Part shown: one piece after another, positions 57,499 to 64,000 of the stretch | Layout: every line of letters starts with the position of its first letter | Position numbering within the stretch: position 1 is the stretch's first letter | Source: an uncultured Granulosicoccaceae bacterium | Lineage (GTDB): Bacteria; Pseudomonadota; Gammaproteobacteria; Granulosicoccales; Granulosicoccaceae | Reading direction: 5' to 3' | Assembly: GCA_938035945.1 (NCBI GenBank) | Contig: CALHOU010000053.1 | Span: forward strand, 41,400 to 105,399 | Length of the DNA: 64,000 nucleotides | The notes under the pieces: model-generated | What the model was told of the DNA's origin: nothing | The model's input: only the letters and a program-made list of their open reading frames with translations | Database searches by the model: none | Made by a program: the position numbers and the translations under genes

Positions 57499-59646
57499 TT
57501 GCCTCCAGTGGAAGTTTTAAAAGGTCATCAAAAACAGCTAAGCCTGGCGCGGCGACGCAGCGATTCGCCTGAGCCAAGTCAGCGCTCGCTTGAGTGGTTT
57601 ACACGTGAGGGCGATATCGTGCTGTACCCGCACTCACCACTGGCATTAGCGGATGTACTTGCCACCAACAACGGTTGCTTCGACTTGGTAGCCGATAACG
57701 GCAACCCGCACGTCGATCCCGCAGAACCCACGGCTGCCCAGTTAAAAATTAAATCAAGCGTGCCCGCATCATTGCAGCAACGCAGACAACGTAAAAATCC
57801 TCGCCAACGAGCCAACCTGCTAACGCAACATGCGCAAGATGAGTTATTGGATGTGTGCAAGCATATTCAAGTTGAAAATGCTTTGGTTAAACGAGCCGGT
57901 GTTATTCGCTTGTATTTGACCGCCGGTTTTCTAAATTGGATTCCAAGCGAAGGTGAGAACGTGGTTCGTCGTGCACCTCTGTTGTTCTACCCAGTGACAT
58001 TGGTTAGAAAAATTAGAAACAGCGATCAGAACATCGAAACCCTTAGCGCCAACTCCGCTGTTGCCAGCGATGATAACGAGCTTGAGCAAATTGAATACGA
58101 AATTCGCTTAGACAGCGAAATCCCCGATACCAATCAAGCGCTGGTTACATGGTGTAAAGATAATGAAAATTTTGCACTACCTGAATTCGATCAAAAACTA
58201 CCCTTGCAAGATTACTTTGCCCAATTAGCCCAAGCCATAACTGGCCATGACAACATTGAACTTCAATTTGAAGTGGCATTGGGTAATGCAGCACCACCAA
58301 TTGATCTTTCACATATCGGCGAAGACAACATACCCCTCCCCGCTCTACCCGAACACTTTGATACCTCACTGGCGATGGCTATCACCGGTAACAAAAACCT
58401 TCAACAATTGCACAGTGTATTGAATCTGCTACGCGATTATTCAAACACTGAAAATGCGAAAGATGATTTACCCGGCGCCGCCAATGAAGCTGCAGGGGCC
58501 GTTTCAAACTTACATGAATATTCAAAGAAGCTAAGTGCTGCAGGCCTTGCTGGCGTGGAGTTTCAACACCTGGCCGATTTACCCGAGAACATTTTAAAGT
58601 GGGTCAACAACGTTAACAAAGCGATGCAATCGCAGCTGGTGACGCATGTATTAGACATGCCACAAATAAATGCACGCCACCTCATCCGTTTAGCCAGTGT
58701 CATTGAGCTTATTGATAAAGCCCCGCTGAGTATTGAACAATTCAAACACGCTGATCTGTGCTTTGCGGCAACGCCAGGCCTGCTGCAGCGTGCGCGGCAT
58801 CAAGCTCGCTTAATAGAAGATGAACTAAGCACATTACAAAACACCTTTGTATTAGACAAAGTACCCGCAAAGAAACAACTGTTGAGCTTGATTGGGGAGC
58901 TTGGTGGCAGCCTTGATGCAGAGCCCGATATCATCGATGCAGACTATTTCAATGCGCGTCGACAGTTTATGGAATTCAGCATTGAAAAACCCACAAACTT
59001 AACCCCTGAACACCGCAACTTGCTAGGTAAGCTTGCCAAGGTGCTTCGCTTTCGGGAGCTGTTTGTCAACAACATTGAATACCGCTTGGCACTTGGCCCA
59101 GGTTACCGAGGTTTGCGTACCGATTGGGAAACACTGTCGGGTACCGTTGATTACGCACAAGAGATTAGCGAAGTACTTGAATCAGAATCCATAGCAGCAA
59201 GCGCACTTGGGCAATGGAACAAATTTAGAACCACTTATATAAACGAATTAGAAATCCTACAAAATGCCGCCGAGTCTTTACGCAAGCTACTGTGGATTTG
59301 CGGTTCTGACTGGCAAACAAAACCGGTGAATGACGTGCTACAACATGCAACTGAGACGCGCATGAAACTATTGGCGTGGTCGGAAATCTACGGCACTGTT
59401 TCACCGGGTAGTGCAAAATCACCGTCCAATGTGCTGGCGCAATTCTCTGGCCGGTCGCAAGAAGATGTGATCACAGAAATTCACGTTGGCGAAACCCAAG
59501 CCACCATTGAACAACACATCAATGGACACGGTGCATCGGCCGATGCCGTAATCGAAACAATTGAATGGTTGCGCGAAGCGAGTCAGACGGCCAGTGATTT
59601 ACAGCTTGAAATCAATGCCATTGTTGAGCACTTAAGAATTGCGTAA
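57499..59646 (+). CDS. DUF4011-like N-terminal domain plus long helical region; no helicase motifs seen
   Basis: LYL.AGFL.W......APL..YPV.L.R and N.AL..W.......LP match the DUF4011 pattern; LG..YRG..TDW..L motif in the helical part. Confidence 0.6.
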   Translation: MPPVEVLKGHQKQLSLARRRSDSPEPSQRSLEWFTREGDIVLYPHSPLALADVLATNNGCFDLVADNGNPHVDPAEPTAAQLKIKSSVPASLQQRRQRKNPRQRANLLTQHAQDELLDVCKHIQVENALVKRAGVIRLYLTAGFLNWIPSEGENVVRRAPLLFYPVTLVRKIRNSDQNIETLSANSAVASDDNELEQIEYEIRLDSEIPDTNQALVTWCKDNENFALPEFDQKLPLQDYFAQLAQAITGHDNIELQFEVALGNAAPPIDLSHIGEDNIPLPALPEHFDTSLAMAITGNKNLQQLHSVLNLLRDYSNTENAKDDLPGAANEAAGAVSNLHEYSKKLSAAGLAGVEFQHLADLPENILKWVNNVNKAMQSQLVTHVLDMPQINARHLIRLASVIELIDKAPLSIEQFKHADLCFAATPGLLQRARHQARLIEDELSTLQNTFVLDKVPAKKQLLSLIGELGGSLDAEPDIIDADYFNARRQFMEFSIEKPTNLTPEHRNLLGKLAKVLRFRELFVNNIEYRLALGPGYRGLRTDWETLSGTVDYAQEISEVLESESIAASALGQWNKFRTTYINELEILQNAAESLRKLLWICGSDWQTKPVNDVLQHATETRMKLLAWSEIYGTVSPGSAKSPSNVLAQFSGRSQEDVITEIHVGETQATIEQHINGHGASADAVIETIEWLREASQTASDLQLEINAIVEHLRIA

Positions 59647-59653
59647 ATAGTAC

Positions 59654-59681
59654 AATGCGCGTTAGCCCTAACGCGCATTTT
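59654..59681. terminator. Hairpin terminator between the convergent DUF4011-like gene and purL
   Basis: AATGCGCGTTAG-CC-CTAACGCGCATT followed by TT. Confidence 0.7.
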
Positions 59682-59692
59682 CAAAACTTCGC

Positions 59693-62600
59693 CTACCCAA
59701 CCCACACGCGCGCATTTTCAAACATCCGCAACCACGGTCCGTTTTCACCCCACTCGGGTGGATGCCACGAGTTAGTCACGGTTCTAAACACACGTTCTGG
59801 GTGCGGCATCATAATCGTTGCTCGCCCATCAGCGCTGCACAATCCTGTTATGCCGTGCGGTGAACCGTTCGGGTTAAGCGGATATTGCTCGGTGATCTTA
59901 CCCTCGTTATCAACGTAACCCAGAGCAATCTTTGCCGCATCCATTTGACTACTCGATGCAAAGCTTGCGCGCCCTTCACCGTGGGCAACCGCTATGGGCA
60001 AACGCGACCCAGCCATATCAATAAAAAATAGTGAGGGCGATTCATAGACTTCAACCGTTGCCACACGTGCTTCGTATTGTTCGCTTTCGTTGCGCAAAAA
60101 CGCAGGCCAGTCTTGTGCACCAGGAATCAGGTCGCGCAAATGCGACATCATTTGACAGCCGTTGCACACACCCAATGAGAATGAATCCTCACGGTGAAAA
60201 AACGCTTGGAACTGATCGCGCAGCGCATTGCTAAACAAAATAGACTTGGCCCAACCACCACCAGCACCGAGCACATCACCATAGGAAAATCCACCACAGG
60301 CAACCATGCCTTTAAAGTCGCTCAATGATGTTCTACCGCTGTGTAAATCTGACATATGCACATCAACACAATCAAAACCCGCTGTGTCGAACGCTGCTGC
60401 CATCTCAAAATGCGAGTTCACGCCTTGCTCCCGGAGAATGGCGATTTTCGGGCGCGACAGATTGAGTTGCGGTGTGAGCAATATCGCTTGCGGGTTAAAA
60501 CTTAAGCTCGGTGAGATACCGGCATCATCTGCAGAAGTAATTAAGGCAAGCTCCTGCTCCGCACATGCGGGATTATCACGCATTTTCTGCATTTGATAAC
60601 TGGTTTGCCACCATTGCACGCGCAGCTCTACCACCGGTTGTGAATAAACTAATTCATTGCCGCGCCAGATTTCAACATCGGGGGTTTCAGCTAATCCGCC
60701 TATGGGGTGAATGCAATCGCCAATGCCAGCCATTTCAAACACGGCCATGACCTCTGCATAAGCCGAGGCCCTTACTTGTATAACGGCACCAAGCTCTTCA
60801 TTGAACAAACTGGCCGTGGTATCGCTCGGCAAGCTTTGAATTTGCGCTCGAACCCCAACGTTACCGGCGAACGCCATTTCAGCCAAGGTGACAAACAGAC
60901 CGCCATCGGAACGATCGTGATAGGCAAGCACATGCTTGTTTTCTATCAAAGATTGAATCGACGAATACATACCGTTTAAATGAGCAGCCTTATCCACATC
61001 AGGTGCATCTGCACCGGTTTGGTTAAACACTTGCGCAAGGCACGATCCGCCTAAGCGATTCTTACCCAAGCCTAAGTCGATTAAAAACAGCTCGGTATCA
61101 CCACAGTCTGTTCTCAATTGCGGCGTAACGGTTTTTCGAACATCTTTTACTGGTGCAAACCCTGTGACTACCAACGACATCGGAGACGTAACGCTACGTT
61201 CTTCATCATCTTGCGTCCAAACCGTTTTCATGGATAAGGAATCTTTACCCACCGGAATCGCAATGCCTAATTCAGGTGCCAACTCCATGCCGACCGCTTT
61301 AACCGCATCAAACAGGCCTGCATATTCACCCGGATGCGATGCTGCTGCCATCCAGTTGGCCGATAGTTTAATATTGCCAATCTCACCAATATTCGTTGCA
61401 CAGATATTGGTTATCGCCTCACCAATAGCAAGCCTTGCGGATGCGGCCGGATTAATTAAAGCCACCGGCGTGCGCTCACCCATGGCCATAGCTTCACCGG
61501 TGTAACCGCGATAGTCAGCCACCGTCACGGCGACATCGGCCACCGGCATTTGCCAAGGGCCCACCATCTGATCGCGCACAACTTGCCCGGTCACTGAACG
61601 ATCACCAATCGTGATCAAGAAATTCTTCGACGCAATACACGGCAACTGCAGTAGACGTTTAACTGCATCTTCAATGCTGATTGATGCGCTGTCCAAAATG
61701 CCCGATGCAAAGGCGCGACGCTTAGCATTGATATCCAGCTTTGGCGGTTTGCCCAGCAACACATCCATGGGCATATCGACGGGGTGATCATTGAGTAAGT
61801 TGTCTTCAACGAATAAGTTTGGCTCTTGCGTGGCCTCACCTACCACCGCAAACAAACAACGTTCGCGTTCGCATATTGTTTTAAATTGATCAAGTTGGTC
61901 AACATCGATAGCCAATACATAGCGCTCCTGCGCTTCGTTACTCCAAATCGCTTTTGGCGACATACCCGGCTCATCGTTTGGAATAGCGCGTAAATCAAAA
62001 TGCCCACCACGACCGGCATCGTTAACCAACTCCGGCAGTGCATTGGATAAACCACCGGCGCCGACGTCATGCATGGATAGGATTGGGCTTTTATCACCCA
62101 ATGCAATACAGCGATCGATCACTTCCTGACACCGACGTTGCATTTCAGGGTTACCGCGTTGCACAGATGCAAAATCAAGTTCGGCTTCACTGGTACCGCT
62201 GGCCACCGAAGACGCGGCACCGCCACCGAGCCCAATCAACATGGCTGGACCACCTATAACAACTATGGCGGTACCCGCAGGCACGGGTCTCTTGTCGATA
62301 TTACCTTCACGAATATTGCCCAAGCCACCGGCCAGCATAATCGGTTTGTGATAACCGCGTACTTCATCAACACCGTCGAATGAAACACGTTGGCAAAAGG
62401 TACGAAAATAGCCGCCTAAGTTAGGGCGACCAAATTCATTATTAAACGCAGCCGCCCCAATGGGCCCTTCAAGCATGATGTCTAAAGCGCTGGCGATGCG
62501 TTCGGGTTTACCAACAGCCTCTTCCCACGGCTGCGACCATTCTGGTAACTCCAGATTCGACACACTAAAACCGCACACACCGGCTTTGGGTTTAGAACCA

Positions 62601-63559
62601 TTACCGGTTGCACCTTCATCCCGAATCTCACCTCCCGAGCCTGTGGCCGCACCTGGGAAAGGTGATATCGCCGTTGGATGGTTGTGCGTTTCAACTTTAA
62701 TTTGTATGTGCGTTGGCTCGTGCCAAATTTGATAATGATGTTCAGCGTCAGGCATCCAGCGATCGGCCAAATTGCCTTCAATAACAGCCGCATTATCGTG
62801 ATAAGCCGACAAAACACCAGCGGGTGCTTTTGCATGCGTGTTACGAATCATGCCAAATAAAGAATGTTCCTGGATTTGCGCGTCGATGGTCCAGCTGGCG
62901 TTAAATATTTTATGCCGACAATGTTCCGAATTTGCTTGGGCGAACATCATGAGTTCAGCATCAGATGGGTTGCGATTTAGTTTGGCAAAGTTGTCGGCTA
63001 GGTAATCAATTTCATCATCAGACAAGGCTAAGCCCAATGACGCATTGGCTTCTTCCAACGCAGAGCGACCACCGCTTTTTACATCAACCCGACTCAGCTG
63101 CGCCGGTTGCTGTTGTTGGAACATGGCATCGCTTGATGGTTGATCGAGTGTGACCGATTCAGTCATCCGATCGTGCAATAAGGACAAAAGATTTTTATCT
63201 TGCAGCTGCTCGGCATTTAAGCCAACGAAACCAAATTCAATCGCGCGCTCGACTCGGGTAACTTGCGATAAACCGCAGTTGTGCAGGATGTCGGTCGCTT
63301 TCGATGACCAGGGTGAGATGGTACCCAGCCGTGGGCTTACCCATAAAGCGTGGGTATAGGCATCAGCAGTTTCGTCAGTCGCATCAAGCAATGAATGCAG
63401 ATGTTGACGTTGTTCCGCACTAATGTCACTAGTGGTATCAAGGAAATATTGATACCGACTGCGTACGTCGGTAAGTGTTGGGAACAGGGCTTGGACTTGA
63501 GTGATGAGTCGTTGCCGACGAAAATCCGATTGCGCTGACGCGCCTGTGAGGCAAAGCAT
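59693..63559 (-). CDS. purL: Phosphoribosylformylglycinamidine synthase (large single-chain PurL)
   Basis: [45 protein letters not shown]. Confidence 0.99.
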   Translation of the reverse strand: MLCLTGASAQSDFRRQRLITQVQALFPTLTDVRSRYQYFLDTTSDISAEQRQHLHSLLDATDETADAYTHALWVSPRLGTISPWSSKATDILHNCGLSQVTRVERAIEFGFVGLNAEQLQDKNLLSLLHDRMTESVTLDQPSSDAMFQQQQPAQLSRVDVKSGGRSALEEANASLGLALSDDEIDYLADNFAKLNRNPSDAELMMFAQANSEHCRHKIFNASWTIDAQIQEHSLFGMIRNTHAKAPAGVLSAYHDNAAVIEGNLADRWMPDAEHHYQIWHEPTHIQIKVETHNHPTAISPFPGAATGSGGEIRDEGATGNGSKPKAGVCGFSVSNLELPEWSQPWEEAVGKPERIASALDIMLEGPIGAAAFNNEFGRPNLGGYFRTFCQRVSFDGVDEVRGYHKPIMLAGGLGNIREGNIDKRPVPAGTAIVVIGGPAMLIGLGGGAASSVASGTSEAELDFASVQRGNPEMQRRCQEVIDRCIALGDKSPILSMHDVGAGGLSNALPELVNDAGRGGHFDLRAIPNDEPGMSPKAIWSNEAQERYVLAIDVDQLDQFKTICERERCLFAVVGEATQEPNLFVEDNLLNDHPVDMPMDVLLGKPPKLDINAKRRAFASGILDSASISIEDAVKRLLQLPCIASKNFLITIGDRSVTGQVVRDQMVGPWQMPVADVAVTVADYRGYTGEAMAMGERTPVALINPAASARLAIGEAITNICATNIGEIGNIKLSANWMAAASHPGEYAGLFDAVKAVGMELAPELGIAIPVGKDSLSMKTVWTQDDEERSVTSPMSLVVTGFAPVKDVRKTVTPQLRTDCGDTELFLIDLGLGKNRLGGSCLAQVFNQTGADAPDVDKAAHLNGMYSSIQSLIENKHVLAYHDRSDGGLFVTLAEMAFAGNVGVRAQIQSLPSDTTASLFNEELGAVIQVRASAYAEVMAVFEMAGIGDCIHPIGGLAETPDVEIWRGNELVYSQPVVELRVQWWQTSYQMQKMRDNPACAEQELALITSADDAGISPSLSFNPQAILLTPQLNLSRPKIAILREQGVNSHFEMAAAFDTAGFDCVDVHMSDLHSGRTSLSDFKGMVACGGFSYGDVLGAGGGWAKSILFSNALRDQFQAFFHREDSFSLGVCNGCQMMSHLRDLIPGAQDWPAFLRNESEQYEARVATVEVYESPSLFFIDMAGSRLPIAVAHGEGRASFASSSQMDAAKIALGYVDNEGKITEQYPLNPNGSPHGITGLCSADGRATIMMPHPERVFRTVTNSWHPPEWGENGPWLRMFENARVWVG

Positions 63560-63659
63560 CCAGTGTCTCGTTAGTTAGCTTGGCGAAGCGGTCTTCTCAA
63601 GCGCCTATGATACTGGATATGGGCAGTGAACTGGGCACATCAGACCTGTTGCACAGGCG

Positions 63660-63696
63660 AAAAAAAGCCGGCCCTTATACAAAGACCGGCTCTTTT
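63660..63696 (-). terminator. Intrinsic terminator of the truncated DUF481 gene
   Basis: AGCCGG...CCGGCT stem with an A7 run on the left (U-tract on the - strand). Confidence 0.7.
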
Positions 63697-63738
63697 CACT
63701 CTCGCTTGCAAAGCGCAAGCATCAATCAAGCAATTTGA

Positions 63739-63999
63739 TCAAATATCAACCACTAGATTCACAGTCGTCACGCTGTCGCTCTTTGATGGAGAATCAAGCG
63801 TTGGGTTGGTGATGTCTGTGTTGCCACGGGTTTGGTGTGACAATTTCAAAGCCATTCTTTCCGACAATTTGAACGCTAAGCCTAAGCCGATTTCTGTGTA
63901 GGTGTTATCGCCACCGAAGTCTGCGCGAAAGTCAGCGTTAAGCGTTACATTGTCGTTGATGCGATTTAAGTAGTTCGCACCAAAGTACGCAACACCGCC
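63739..63999 (-). CDS. C-terminal part of a second DUF481/YdiY-like beta-barrel protein (runs off the window; not in the ORF track)
   Basis: Manual translation GGVAYFGANYLNRINDNVTLNADFRADFGGDNTYTEIGLGLAFKLSERMALKLSHQTRGNT...SDSVTTVNLVVDI*. Confidence 0.65.
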   Translation of the reverse strand, partial: GGVAYFGANYLNRINDNVTLNADFRADFGGDNTYTEIGLGLAFKLSERMALKLSHQTRGNTDITNPTLDSPSKSDSVTTVNLVVDI

Positions 64000-64000
64000 A

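Noticed and set aside
63626-63901. 91-aa + strand ORF at the window end
   Set aside because: Antisense to the DUF481-like gene and runs through its terminator

Overview
About 48% GC by eye, from a gammaproteobacterial chromosome (inferred from the housekeeping gene order and protein types; possibly marine). Bases 1-11.3 kb are an accessory catabolic island with two convergent arms. The + arm holds an IPNS-like 2OG/Fe oxygenase, an SDR, a TauD-family dioxygenase and a BetC-like sulfatase. The - arm holds an FAD oxidoreductase, an Aap-type amino-acid ABC transporter and an atypical enolase-superfamily enzyme, and it directly abuts ispF. Most of the rest is core genes: ispF-ispD-ftsB-eno-kdsA-pyrG, tilS-accA-dnaE-rnhB, pilZ-holB-tmk-mltG-fabF-acpP-fabG-fabD, dapB-ligA-zipA-smc, cysZ, der-bamB-yfgM-pilW-rlmN-ndk, nrdR, mdh, msrPQ and purL. 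Five oddities stand out: (i) a three-pyrophosphatase cluster of two soluble ppa paralogs plus a membrane PPase whose TM16 gate Lys appears to be Asn; (ii) the catabolic island, whose enzymes have remodelled active sites; (iii) a BPH/HslV-like proteasome-fold protein with Ser1; (iv) a DUF4011-like protein without its usual helicase; (v) a minimal SET-domain protein downstream of holB-pilZ. No tRNA, rRNA, CRISPR array, transposase or integrase was seen. All family calls come from motif recognition by eye; no database searches were run.
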